In this document: positions 48,401 to 58,281 of the stretch, piece by piece
Layout of the letters: every line of letters starts with the position of its first letter
Position numbering within the stretch: the first letter of the stretch is position 1
DNA from: Patescibacteria group bacterium
GTDB taxonomy: Bacteria; Patescibacteriota; Microgenomatia; UBA1400; PJMF01
Assembly (NCBI GenBank): GCA_049322575.1
Contig: JBMORQ010000003.1
Coordinates: forward strand, 17,719-81,718
DNA: 64,000 nucleotides
Direction: 5' to 3'
Made by a program: the position numbers and the translations under genes
The notes under the pieces: model-generated
Told to the model about the DNA's origin: nothing
What the model saw: the letters and a program-made list of their open reading frames with translations, nothing else
The model's database searches: none

Positions 48401-50746
48401 ATGTTAAACACAATTGAACGTATAACTAAAAGAAATCGAGGAATTAGATCATTCCGCAGGAGTGGCGCAGAGCGACCAAACCCCGATGTTTCTTCTGGCA
48501 CGCTTGCTGCATACCTTTTGCTAGAATTTTTAAGTCGAGAGACTGCCAATAAATCAACTATTCCCTCAGTCGATAAGACCATCACCTCAATTGAACAGCA
48601 GTTAAATACTCTCGAGATTGAGATACCAGAAGCACTAGATATTGATGGTTCAAACGAACTTGCTTATCATTATTTAAGAACTTTGAAGGTCGCTCAATAC
48701 CTTGACGGAGGTCTAGACACTAGAAACACCCCATCTCAAATTTATACCACAGCCACCAGGCTAAATTTGGAACAACAATTAGCTAATCTCCCAGATGGCG
48801 TGGCTAATGCTTTCACTAACCCCGCATTTATTCTTAGACAAGAACTTGCCTCGATGGGTTTACATGGATTTGATATTTATTGTGATGCAATTATTAACGG
48901 CCCACTTGTTTCAAACGCAACTGAAACCAGAATTTTACATAAGATCAGAGAAGCCAATCCTGAGTTAATAGGTAAGGAGTTAAATAGACTCTCAAAATTG
49001 ATTAAGAAACTGTCATTGTTAACCTATGACGCTGGCTCCACCACTGGCAACAGCATTCACCAGGACTCTCAAACCTTCTCAAATCTAGAAAAATGGACCA
49101 TGTTTTTACAACGACTTGAGCGTATTGAAAACGAAAACCAAAGAAGAATAGCGGCCAGAATAGTCATGGAAACTGTCCGTCAACAAACAGCCCTAACTCG
49201 AGCCGATGGCCTGGGCTTGGCGTTTGATTCAGTATTTGGTATTTCAGGTACACACTTTATGTATTTCATGGTAAATGGCGACCAAGAAGGTGTGTTGTGT
49301 CAACCTGCCGCCTCGGGAAGTACTGTGGGGGATGCTGCTAGAGGGAAAAAATTAGGTGGTGGTGTTGGTAGCTGCGCAAATTTACCAGAAAACAAAAATC
49401 CCTGCACCAAGGTCGATGTCACGATCGTACCCAGCCGTAAAGAAGATGGTTCCGCGCTGAGTTTTGAGGAATACCGTTTCCTGCAAATTAAATCGCTTGT
49501 TGAGGGTCTGGAAAAAAGCTTGAAAATTTCTGAGACCACCAATAATCCACCTCAGTTTAGCCATCTAGTTGCCATTCCACCCAAGTGTGGCTTGGTTTAT
49601 AAACAAGCTGAAGAGCTTTTAAATAGCTTTGACCTAAACTATCTTTTAGAGAGCTCAACATTAACAAACAAAGCACAAAAAGCGATAATTACAAAGTTTT
49701 TAGAGAAGCAAGGCAAATTCTTATTGATCATCGATGCTGCTCAAGAGCGTTGGCTGGTAGATCCAGCTAAAGTTTTGCAATTGTTTGAAAATAAAGGTAT
49801 TGCCACTGTCTGGATGAGCACTCTTTCTAAGTCAATCGGAGCCGCAAAGTTGGCCGGTCTTTTTTACTTTAATTCACAGGCCACTGAGTTGGTTGCTGAA
49901 AGAATTTCTAGGGCTACTAGAGAAGAAATTCTCAACATAATTCGTTATTATGCTGTTGGTTTCTTGAGCCCAGCACTTGAGCAAGCTGTAATGCAAAGAA
50001 TCGAGACACTGAATGCACAGCCCAATGCTGAGAAAATACCCACAGAATTAGCTATCAACTTCAACCAAGCAGCCAAAGTTCTGGCCTCCACAGAAACATT
50101 AGCGGAGTTTAGAGCTGCCAATAAACACGACATAGACCAAGAAGGTGAACTTCAAGCAAGTATTAACTGGTTAAGGAACATTACCTCCGCCAGCATTAAG
50201 GATCATCTCCAGATCAAATTAGTTGATGACCAAGATGCTTCACCCTCAATGATTCAATCATTTCTCATTAAGGATTTGCTTGGTGAGCCATTCAGCTCTA
50301 CCATGTTAAAAAGACTGAGAGTGATGCTCCGAACCGGCGTTGCTTTTAATGAAAATAGTAGCAAGCTAGAATTTTTTGCTACCAAAACATTTTGTGGCAA
50401 CCCATTTGATGACATTACTGCCACACCCAAGAGAGATGAAAACGGTAATTTGCTAGACGTTGCCATCAACAAAACCAAACACGTACCTTTCTTAAGGTTT
50501 GGACCTAGAGCCGAGCTGATCATGACCATAAGCAAATTGTTAAACGAAAAACAGAGACTGGAAGCTATTGAACAAAAAACTGAGGATGACTTGGTTCAGC
50601 TCAATGCTGCTCAAACTCAACTAATAATCATCGAAAAGTTATGGCAAGAAAATATTGATCGATTGAGAAATGTCGTTGAATATTATCATCTGCTTGCAAC
50701 AAAGCTTTATCAGGATGGAACATCTAATAGACTTGTAGTGAAATAG
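48401..50746 (+). CDS. Large hypothetical protein with PLP-dependent transferase (fold I)-like core
   Basis: LLIIDAAQ and STLSKSIGA motifs with fold-I-like spacing; start uncertain. Confidence 0.55.
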   Translation: MLNTIERITKRNRGIRSFRRSGAERPNPDVSSGTLAAYLLLEFLSRETANKSTIPSVDKTITSIEQQLNTLEIEIPEALDIDGSNELAYHYLRTLKVAQYLDGGLDTRNTPSQIYTTATRLNLEQQLANLPDGVANAFTNPAFILRQELASMGLHGFDIYCDAIINGPLVSNATETRILHKIREANPELIGKELNRLSKLIKKLSLLTYDAGSTTGNSIHQDSQTFSNLEKWTMFLQRLERIENENQRRIAARIVMETVRQQTALTRADGLGLAFDSVFGISGTHFMYFMVNGDQEGVLCQPAASGSTVGDAARGKKLGGGVGSCANLPENKNPCTKVDVTIVPSRKEDGSALSFEEYRFLQIKSLVEGLEKSLKISETTNNPPQFSHLVAIPPKCGLVYKQAEELLNSFDLNYLLESSTLTNKAQKAIITKFLEKQGKFLLIIDAAQERWLVDPAKVLQLFENKGIATVWMSTLSKSIGAAKLAGLFYFNSQATELVAERISRATREEILNIIRYYAVGFLSPALEQAVMQRIETLNAQPNAEKIPTELAINFNQAAKVLASTETLAEFRAANKHDIDQEGELQASINWLRNITSASIKDHLQIKLVDDQDASPSMIQSFLIKDLLGEPFSSTMLKRLRVMLRTGVAFNENSSKLEFFATKTFCGNPFDDITATPKRDENGNLLDVAINKTKHVPFLRFGPRAELIMTISKLLNEKQRLEAIEQKTEDDLVQLNAAQTQLIIIEKLWQENIDRLRNVVEYYHLLATKLYQDGTSNRLVVK

Positions 50747-50782
50747 CATTTTTATTACAAAATTTTATTTCGCTACAAGTCT
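50729..50782. mobile_element. Internally deleted, inverted MITE copy 3 (54 bp)
   Basis: AAT-AGACTTGTAGTGAAATA...TATTTCGCTACAAGTCT-AAT. Confidence 0.75.
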
Positions 50783-50784
50783 AA

Positions 50785-51564
50785 TTAACTATCTGGGTAA
50801 CGCAACATCACTTGAATCATACGAATTGTAGTCAGAGCGTCGAGTGCTTCGGCTAAATTATCAACACAAATGTGGGCTAGAGATATTAGTCCTTCATCGG
50901 GTTTTTCTGGATTAATAATGGCAATAGCTAACCCAGCAGCTTTGAAAACTTCGTAATCGTTTGGCCCATCGCCAATTACCAGACAGTTATCAAAATCAAC
51001 GCCTGCCAAACCCGCTCTTGATCTACCCTGACTCAATTCTTCAAGAAAAACGCTAAGCTGCTCATGCTTCCGAGCTGCTTGATCTGGAAAATAATCGAAA
51101 CTGACCAGTTCGCCTGTTCGCTTATCCCAATTAAATCTGGCATTAGCTAAATACCTGGAAACCCCCAGAGTACCTGCAAATACTTTGGCAAACTCTTCCA
51201 ATGAGCCTGTTAAGATACAACAAACAACTCCCCAATCATTTAAAAAATGAACTAGCTCTTTGGCCCACTCTTTCGGCTTAAGCTGTTCAAATATTTCCTC
51301 TGCCTTCTCTTCGGAAATACCTAAGCCGTTCCATAAATCAACCCAAATCTTCATTGCTTGATCAAAAGTCATCTCATTTTTAGCAAAAGAGGAATAGGCA
51401 GCAAGATGAATAGCAACATTTGATTCAATTTTGTCGGGATCAGACAATCCCTCTGTCAGCTCAACCCAAGAGTTTCCTTCGTACAGCGTGCCATCTACAT
51501 CAAGAATGGCAGCGTAAATGCTTGGTAAAAAAGAATCTAATGACCTTCCACCTCTTCTAATCAT
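50785..51564 (-). CDS. HAD-IB phosphatase (phosphoserine phosphatase-like)
   Basis: DVDGTL, ILTGS, IGDGPND. Confidence 0.8.
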   Translation of the reverse strand: MIRRGGRSLDSFLPSIYAAILDVDGTLYEGNSWVELTEGLSDPDKIESNVAIHLAAYSSFAKNEMTFDQAMKIWVDLWNGLGISEEKAEEIFEQLKPKEWAKELVHFLNDWGVVCCILTGSLEEFAKVFAGTLGVSRYLANARFNWDKRTGELVSFDYFPDQAARKHEQLSVFLEELSQGRSRAGLAGVDFDNCLVIGDGPNDYEVFKAAGLAIAIINPEKPDEGLISLAHICVDNLAEALDALTTIRMIQVMLRYPDS

Positions 51565-51663
51565 CCGACGAGTATATCACCAGAGTAATAATTCAAAATA
51601 TGTCGATATTACGCACCTTTTTCGATTCATGCTCCACCGTTGGACTATAAGCATCGTCAAACC

Positions 51664-51691
51664 AAAAACCCCGGCACTCGGCCGGGGTTTT
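51664..51691 (-). terminator. Rho-independent terminator of RRM gene
   Basis: AAAACCCCGGC-actcg-GCCGGGGTTTT. Confidence 0.8.
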
Positions 51692-51709
51692 CTATTTGTG
51701 TTAAGACAA

Positions 51710-52099
51710 TTAACGATCGTTGTTACGACCGTAGCCTCGATTTCTGTCGCCACCAAAGTCACGACGTCCACCGCCAAAACCACCACGGCTGAATGATCCG
51801 CCACGGCTGTTGTTGTCACGTGGAGCACGAGGTCGAGCGACGTTAACGATTAGTTTACGACCACTCATCTCGGTTTCGTTGAGAGCCAAAGCGGCCTGAG
51901 CTGCTGATTCCTCGACGAAACGAACAAAAGCAATACCACGAGAACGACCGGTCATACGATCGGTAACGACTTTGACTTCTTCAATCTCACCGAATTGAGA
52001 AAACAGGTCATTGAGTTCAGCGTCGGTTGTGCTGTATGGCAAATTGCCGACAAATAATTTTTTTGGATCGGCTTGTGCCGACTCATCTTGACTATACAT
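51710..52099 (-). CDS. RRM RNA-binding protein with RGG-rich tail
   Basis: RNP2 KLFVGNL, RNP1 RGIAFVRF, Gly/Arg tail. Confidence 0.93.
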   Translation of the reverse strand: MYSQDESAQADPKKLFVGNLPYSTTDAELNDLFSQFGEIEEVKVVTDRMTGRSRGIAFVRFVEESAAQAALALNETEMSGRKLIVNVARPRAPRDNNSRGGSFSRGGFGGGRRDFGGDRNRGYGRNNDR

Positions 52100-52274
52100 A
52101 TAGTCTCTCCCTCCGCAATTACTAAAACTTCTGCAGCGGAGCATGCATTTAGGCTGAGAACGATTCAGAAACGAGGGAAAAAGACCGACGAAGAAAAGTT
52201 CACTAGACCAGGTCTAATTATAGCAGATTTTTACAATAAATCATGACTAGTTGTTGTAAGTGTATTTGTGGTAA

Positions 52275-52745
52275 TTAGGTCGATATTTCAAGCAATTTTT
52301 CCAGTTTTTTAAGTTGTTGTTCGTGTTGCTCAACCTCAAGTAAGAAGACCTGCATGCCCAACTCCATAGCTGGGTAAATATCTTTACTCATTGAGTCACC
52401 TACCATTAAAATTTTAGTCGGAGACAGTCCCAGAGATCCACAAGCAGCCAAAAAAATCCGTTTGTCTGGCTTAGAAAAACCAACCTCGTCAGCGAAGGTC
52501 AAACTTGAGAAATAACCATCAATACTTAGTTTTTTTAATTCATAACGGGCTGTTAATCCTGGCGAGTTAGAAAGCAAACCTAAACGGTATCGTGAGTTTT
52601 CAATCTTCTTCAAAAGCCCAGTGACCCCTGGAAAAAGCACCATCTCTGTTTGGCTATGATCCGCCTGATTAGCTTGATAAAAAACCAATGTTCCTGCCAA
52701 GTCAAATACAACCGCCTCAACTTGCTGACAATCAATTTTATTCAT
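52275..52745 (-). CDS. HAD-IA hydrolase
   Basis: FDLAGTL, LSN, KPDKRIF, MVGDS..DI. Confidence 0.85.
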   Translation of the reverse strand: MNKIDCQQVEAVVFDLAGTLVFYQANQADHSQTEMVLFPGVTGLLKKIENSRYRLGLLSNSPGLTARYELKKLSIDGYFSSLTFADEVGFSKPDKRIFLAACGSLGLSPTKILMVGDSMSKDIYPAMELGMQVFLLEVEQHEQQLKKLEKLLEIST

Positions 52746-53523
52746 GGCTCTCGGAATATTTCTTGAGGTATTTTCCGGGCTCTGCCTTGAGCTTGTTGTA
52801 TTGTTGATGAGTTCCAACATCATAGTAATAGCCATTCTCAATCACAAAAGCGTAGCAAGCTGCCCTATCAATCAACCAAGGCACAATTGCCCCAGGTGAG
52901 TCGAGATTGGCACCAGGCAGACTGGCATATTCTTTAATCAGTGGCAATACTTCCTTAGGGTAGATGTAGATGGGAACCGAGGCATAAGCAGCCTTGGGTT
53001 CAGCTGGTTTTTCCTCGAAGCTGATGATTTTCCTGGTAGATACATCCACCTCCACGCAGCCAAGCGCACCAGCTATTACTTGGGGATCTTCTTTGCGCAC
53101 TACGTTGACAAAGCCGCGATGCTCTCGATAGAAAGCCATGAGTTTTTCAAAATCGATATCAACCAGAGTGTCACTCGGCAATACCAAGACATCGTCATCC
53201 TGACCGATTTTTTCTAAAGCCAAAAGCAAATCACCAATCGCTCCAAGACGTTTCTCAGATTGACTCACGCCATTATCCACTAAGACAAAAGCCTGATATT
53301 TGGGTTGATGCAAAAAATCCTCAAAATGCTTGGCAACCACTGAATTGGCTACCAAGACAAAATTACCCAAATCAGGCAACTTAATAGCTTCGTCAAGTAG
53401 ATGGGCCATCATCGGCAGGCCACCGATCTCCAATAAGCCTTTGGGAAATGAATCTGTGAGTGGGCGCAAACGAGTGCTAAAACCAGCACCCAAGACGATT
53501 AAATTCATATCTCTTTCTTGCAT
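52738..53523 (-). CDS. Sugar-phosphate nucleotidyltransferase family protein
   Basis: LGAGFSTRLRPLT..PKGLL, FEEKP, YYDVGT. Confidence 0.85.
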   Translation of the reverse strand: MQERDMNLIVLGAGFSTRLRPLTDSFPKGLLEIGGLPMMAHLLDEAIKLPDLGNFVLVANSVVAKHFEDFLHQPKYQAFVLVDNGVSQSEKRLGAIGDLLLALEKIGQDDDVLVLPSDTLVDIDFEKLMAFYREHRGFVNVVRKEDPQVIAGALGCVEVDVSTRKIISFEEKPAEPKAAYASVPIYIYPKEVLPLIKEYASLPGANLDSPGAIVPWLIDRAACYAFVIENGYYYDVGTHQQYNKLKAEPGKYLKKYSESHE

Positions 53524-53530
53524 TGCTGGA

Positions 53531-54220
53531 TTACTGCGTCAGCTTTTCCAAACCCATTAAACATTCTTGCTTTTCCTCACCAGAGAGACTATCGCAAATA
53601 GCTCCAAGCTGATCAGCACTTGGTCTTACTTCTTGAAGAGCCTGGTTGAGATCAACAAACTTGACCGAAGTTGGTGCAATAAACTTGGATGAATCAACTT
53701 TCCAGTCCTGGCACTCAAGCTTTAGATCATCTGCCAAAACTGACATCTGATTCTCTTCCTCATCTTTTGCAGCTTGTTCAGACTCAGTTAATTCTGGGTT
53801 ATCTGATAAATTAGATTCTACCGATTCATCCACAGGCATGTCCTTGGAACTCATTTTGACACCCTCTGTTGCACCCTTCTCCCAGATATAAACAATCTCA
53901 CCATCGCTTAAAATGTAACTTTCAACGGTCTTTTCTCCTAAAACAACACTGGATTCCACAAAAGATCGCTTGCCATCGGTGTAGACCGTGCCCATGCTAG
54001 TGCCCTCTTGTTGCCAGGTGCATTTTTGAGCCTTGTTACTTGCAATCATGTCTTGAATAGAGCCGGAGAAACTACCCAACTCTTGATCCTTAACTTCTCC
54101 CTCTACTCGTGTATTTGTCTCCTGTGCTTGATCAACTTGACGATCAGTGCCAACACCACAAGCAGCCAAGCCCAAAGAAGCAACCATTACCATCGAAAAA
54201 AGAAGGACGTTTTTCTTCAT
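53531..54220 (-). CDS. Lipoprotein, hypothetical
   Basis: MKKNV...LGLAAC lipobox. Confidence 0.7.
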   Translation of the reverse strand: MKKNVLLFSMVMVASLGLAACGVGTDRQVDQAQETNTRVEGEVKDQELGSFSGSIQDMIASNKAQKCTWQQEGTSMGTVYTDGKRSFVESSVVLGEKTVESYILSDGEIVYIWEKGATEGVKMSSKDMPVDESVESNLSDNPELTESEQAAKDEEENQMSVLADDLKLECQDWKVDSSKFIAPTSVKFVDLNQALQEVRPSADQLGAICDSLSGEEKQECLMGLEKLTQ

Positions 54221-54306
54221 ATAGCCACATTCTAACAAAGACCGACTTAAAATTCCCAAGTAAAATCCAGGCTAAATTGTCTTCAACTAAACATTTTTTA
54301 AGCTAA

Positions 54307-55947
54307 CTAATAAAGCTTCTGTAGATATTCCTGAAGCATTCTTTTGGCGCTAAACTGCTGGGCTAGATTAATCGAGCCACGCATCATTTGCAGCCATTTT
54401 TCCGGAATGCCCGCAGTATTGCGCTCGAAATAGAGCGGCACAATTTGTTGCTCTAACTTTTCATATAAATCAGCCGAGACGCGATTGTCATCCAACGTCC
54501 AGCCCAAGCCATACCAATCGACCTCGTGCGCCCAGCCATCCGGCACGGTGCACTGTAAAACACCGTTGGCAATTGCTTTCATGCCTGAAGTACCAGATGC
54601 CTCCATACCAAACTCTGGCAGATTAAGCCAGACATCAGAGCCCCGCACCAACATCTTGGCCACATCCAGGTTATAGTTTGGAATGAACAAAGCATGGCCA
54701 GAAAGTTCCTTGGCCATGTATTTAATGATTGTCTGGAGACGGATCTTTCCAGCCTGATCAAGCATGTGAGCTTTGCCCGAAACCAAGAGCTGAACAGGCC
54801 GATCTACCTGGCGCAAAATAGCTCGTAAACGCTCGATGTCTTCAAAAATTGCCTCAACGCGCTTATATCCAGCCAGACGCCGAGCCCAGGAAATAACCAG
54901 ACTATGTGGATCGTAACCAAATCCAGTTTGCAGAGATACAAACTCTGCCAAGCGGCGCTTATTTGCTTGATGAATCTGCCAAAGTTGCTCGTCATTAAGA
55001 TCTGGCTTAGCTAACTCTGGGTCTTGCCAGGTGGGAAGGTGCACGCCGTTAGTCACATTCGTCCAGAGATATTGTGGCCACTGCTCAGCCGAGAGTTTGG
55101 AATGAATCTGGCTAACGCCGTTGGCTCGGTGAGAAGAATTCAGCGAAAAAGTTGCCATAGAAAAACGATCGGGCGCCTCTGGCGAAATTCCCAGCTCTAA
55201 AAGCTGATCAACTCCAATGGCCATTTTATCGGCGTAATACTTGGCGTATCGACGAATTAGGGACAAATCAACCGAGTTATTCCCTGCCGCCACCAAAGTA
55301 TGATTAGTATAAACGGTTTTACTGACAGCCAACTCCCTCGCCTGGCGATAATCCATGCCATGTTCATCCATCAACTGACGAATCACCTGCCAAAGCATCA
55401 AGGCCGGCCGGCCCTCGTTGAGGTGATAAACGGAGGGATGAATCCCCAGGGTCTGGAGCAACTTGACACCACCCACCCCCAAGACGAACTGCTGCTTGAG
55501 CGTCACCTCTTCGTTGCCAGTATAAAGGGCGTGAGTGATGCTCCGCTCTGGGAGCTGGTTTTGATCGGTGTCGGTGTCGAGCAAATATAAGGTGACATTG
55601 GGAGCGTAGCTCTTTTTCCAAACTCTCGCCCAGATATCCAGTTCTGACAAATGGACGCGAATGAACAACGGCTGATCATCGAGATAAACATGTTCCAACC
55701 CTGCCGAGAGCGGCTCGAAAATCATATCTCGATCCTGTTGCATACCATCTTGGTCGATCTGCTGCACAATGCCCTCGCCGCGATACATCAAGCCCAAAGC
55801 CACAAAAGGCAGATTCTGATCTGCGGCTTGTTTGACAGTGTCTCCCGCCAAAACCCCCAAACCACCAGCGTAAAAAGGCCAGTTGGTCTGGAGACCATAC
55901 TCAAAACAAAAGTAGGCAATGGGGTTGTGGGGTGTGATTTGAGGCAT
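54307..55947 (-). CDS. glgP: Alpha-glucan phosphorylase (short form)
   Basis: AGGLGVLAGD, HLNEG, NGVS, ARRLAGYKR, EASGTSGMK. Confidence 0.93.
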   Translation of the reverse strand: MPQITPHNPIAYFCFEYGLQTNWPFYAGGLGVLAGDTVKQAADQNLPFVALGLMYRGEGIVQQIDQDGMQQDRDMIFEPLSAGLEHVYLDDQPLFIRVHLSELDIWARVWKKSYAPNVTLYLLDTDTDQNQLPERSITHALYTGNEEVTLKQQFVLGVGGVKLLQTLGIHPSVYHLNEGRPALMLWQVIRQLMDEHGMDYRQARELAVSKTVYTNHTLVAAGNNSVDLSLIRRYAKYYADKMAIGVDQLLELGISPEAPDRFSMATFSLNSSHRANGVSQIHSKLSAEQWPQYLWTNVTNGVHLPTWQDPELAKPDLNDEQLWQIHQANKRRLAEFVSLQTGFGYDPHSLVISWARRLAGYKRVEAIFEDIERLRAILRQVDRPVQLLVSGKAHMLDQAGKIRLQTIIKYMAKELSGHALFIPNYNLDVAKMLVRGSDVWLNLPEFGMEASGTSGMKAIANGVLQCTVPDGWAHEVDWYGLGWTLDDNRVSADLYEKLEQQIVPLYFERNTAGIPEKWLQMMRGSINLAQQFSAKRMLQEYLQKLY

Positions 55948-56309
55948 TATGAGTGAATTGTTTTAATGGTTGCGCCATATTTGGCTGTGATATTTCTGGC
56001 CGTGCTATTTCGGTCCGCGCCGGCCATGTTATTTAATGATTTTTAGATGTTTTCAGTTTATGTGATTTTTGGGGATTTCTGAATAATCAAATCATTTGAG
56101 GTGGAATTAAAGGGCTGGAGTCATGATGGATTTTTTATTGATTTTGTCGTTTTTGATTTGGAATGTAGAGTGGCCTCTGATTCATTAGAAATAAGCCTAT
56201 AATATTTACATATTTGTCTTTTTAAGATAAAATAAGCTTGTTGCCACCATCCCCAAAACAAGTCACAGCGACTTGAGGCGGGGAACCCGGCAACAAAAAG
56301 GAGGGAGGC

Positions 56310-56510
56310 ATGAAAAAACTGCCTTCCGCTTTAACGAGGGCCTTAATGGCCCTCCCCCGCTGGGTTCGAATCCCAGCGGGTATCAGCCTAATTGCCGGCC
56401 CAAGTTTTTTTCTGGCTTGGGCGAGGCAAAACAATCCCGATGAATGGCTATGGATCGCCATAGCCATCATCGGGTCGGTGATTTTTTCAGTCGTTTTTTG
56501 GAACGACTGA
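56310..56510 (+). CDS. Small membrane protein (66 aa)
   Basis: Strong SD AGGAGGGAGG, two hydrophobic segments, downstream GCCCCC/GGGGGC hairpin. Confidence 0.6.
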   Translation: MKKLPSALTRALMALPRWVRIPAGISLIAGPSFFLAWARQNNPDEWLWIAIAIIGSVIFSVVFWND

Positions 56511-56699
56511 GAACAGGTCGCCCCCACCTGAACCAACGGGGGCATTTTCCTTTTTACCTTTCTCCCCACCCTTTCCTCCTCCCACACACCCAGTGTTTTT
56601 GCTACACTAGATTGAGTAATTAGTGGAGTGTTTTGGACTTCTTTGGCCGCAGCCGCCCAATAATCCAAAAAAACATCCACAAAATCGATTAACCCTGCC

Positions 56700-57758
56700 A
56701 TGACTTATCAAGACATCATCAACATTCTAGGAGAGCAAGCCGAGTACTATCTCGGTCATATTTGTCACAAAATCCCTAAAGATAAAATCCATGCTACCAA
56801 CCCAGATCATGTGCCGCAGATCTTTGGCTTTTCCGATCGTAATGAGCGGGTGGTCAATAATCTCCAGCGTTTGTATCAACACGGCCGCCTCGGAGGCACG
56901 GGTTATTTGTCGATTTTACCGGTAGATCAAGGAATCGAGCACACAGCCGGTTACTCTTTTACCCGTAACCCAAGTTACTTCAACCCCGACGAGGTTGTTA
57001 CCTTGGCCATCGAGGGCGGAGCTAACGGCATCGCTTCCACTCTTGGCCTATTGGGCTTGGTTAGCAAAAAATATGCCGACAAGATTCCTTTTATCGTCAA
57101 GATTAACCATAACGAGCTCCTAACCTATCCCACCAAGCATGACCAAATCCTGTTTGGCAATGTGCAGCAAGCCTACGACATGGGTGCAGCCGGCATTGGG
57201 GCAACCATTTATTTTGGCTCTGCTGAATCTAACCGCCAAATCGTGGAGATTTCTCAAGCATTTCATCAAGCACACAAACTGGGTCTTTTTACCATCCTCT
57301 GGTGCTATCCTCGCAATCCCGCCTGGGAGAAGGATGGCGTTAATTACGAGACGGCCGCTGATATTACCGGCCAAGCAATTCATCTAGGGGTAACTCTCGA
57401 GGCCGATATCATCAAACAGAAAATGCCCACGGTTGGCGAAGGCATGAAGACGTTTAACTTTGGCAAGTATGACGATGAGATGTACCAAAGTCTACTTACC
57501 AATCACCCCATTGATATGGTACGCTACCAAGTAGCCAATGCCTACGCTGGTAAAATCGGCTTGATCAATTCAGGCGGAGCGTATGGCGGGGAGACTGACT
57601 GGCGTGAAGCCGTCATCCAGGCGGTGGTCAATAAGCGGGCGGGCGGTGCCGGCTTAATCATGGGCCGCAAAATTTTTAACCGACCTTTCTGGCAAGGTGT
57701 AGAACTGATGAGAGCGGTGCAAGATGTCTACCTCGAAAAAGAAATAACTTTGGCTTGA
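56700..57758 (+). CDS. fbaB: Class I (DhnA-type) fructose-bisphosphate aldolase
   Basis: SILPVDQGIEH, KINHNELLTYP, WCYPRN, ADIIKQK, INSGG, NKRAGG. Confidence 0.95.
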   Translation: MTYQDIINILGEQAEYYLGHICHKIPKDKIHATNPDHVPQIFGFSDRNERVVNNLQRLYQHGRLGGTGYLSILPVDQGIEHTAGYSFTRNPSYFNPDEVVTLAIEGGANGIASTLGLLGLVSKKYADKIPFIVKINHNELLTYPTKHDQILFGNVQQAYDMGAAGIGATIYFGSAESNRQIVEISQAFHQAHKLGLFTILWCYPRNPAWEKDGVNYETAADITGQAIHLGVTLEADIIKQKMPTVGEGMKTFNFGKYDDEMYQSLLTNHPIDMVRYQVANAYAGKIGLINSGGAYGGETDWREAVIQAVVNKRAGGAGLIMGRKIFNRPFWQGVELMRAVQDVYLEKEITLA

Positions 57759-57826
57759 GAGCTCTTGAGAAACTCTTCACAGCTTTTTCTCAGACCATTT
57801 TCTCTCAAGTCGAAAGAAAGGATCGT

Positions 57827-58264
57827 ATGAATAAAGCTGTCATTTTTTCTCTTGGCGTGGCGGTAGGACTAATTGGAGCAACTGTTTTAAGCCTGTTGTT
57901 TAGAGCCTTGAATCCGCCTGACGTACGATATTACCCACAAAACAACGGACAAATTGGCACTGACCCAACTTCACCAACTGGTAATAATATTGCCACTTGT
58001 GGTATTGAGCAATGCCATGGTGTAGATGTAACTTGCGGTAGCAATGTTCCCGAGGCTTGCACTCTAGAATTTAGAATCGATGATACCTGCCGCAGCTTGA
58101 TTCGCTGTCAGCAAACTGGCACGAGATGTGAGCTCGTCAAGGACGATGCTTTTGCAAATTGCCAAAACTGTGTAGAAAAATGCATGCAGCTCAGTGATGC
58201 TGACCAATCACTGAACTGTGCAACAAAATGCATAGGGCCGGACATTCCAGAGCTGAGCAACTAA
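57827..58264 (+). CDS. Membrane-anchored cysteine-rich protein
   Basis: N-terminal TM, then 12 Cys in about 80 aa. Confidence 0.65.
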   Translation: MNKAVIFSLGVAVGLIGATVLSLLFRALNPPDVRYYPQNNGQIGTDPTSPTGNNIATCGIEQCHGVDVTCGSNVPEACTLEFRIDDTCRSLIRCQQTGTRCELVKDDAFANCQNCVEKCMQLSDADQSLNCATKCIGPDIPELSN

Positions 58265-58281
58265 CAGTGAAATAAATTGGT

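Noticed and set aside
56222-56701. 159-aa minus-strand ORF
   Set aside because: No recognisable motifs; antisense to a plus-strand ORF with strong SD and terminator
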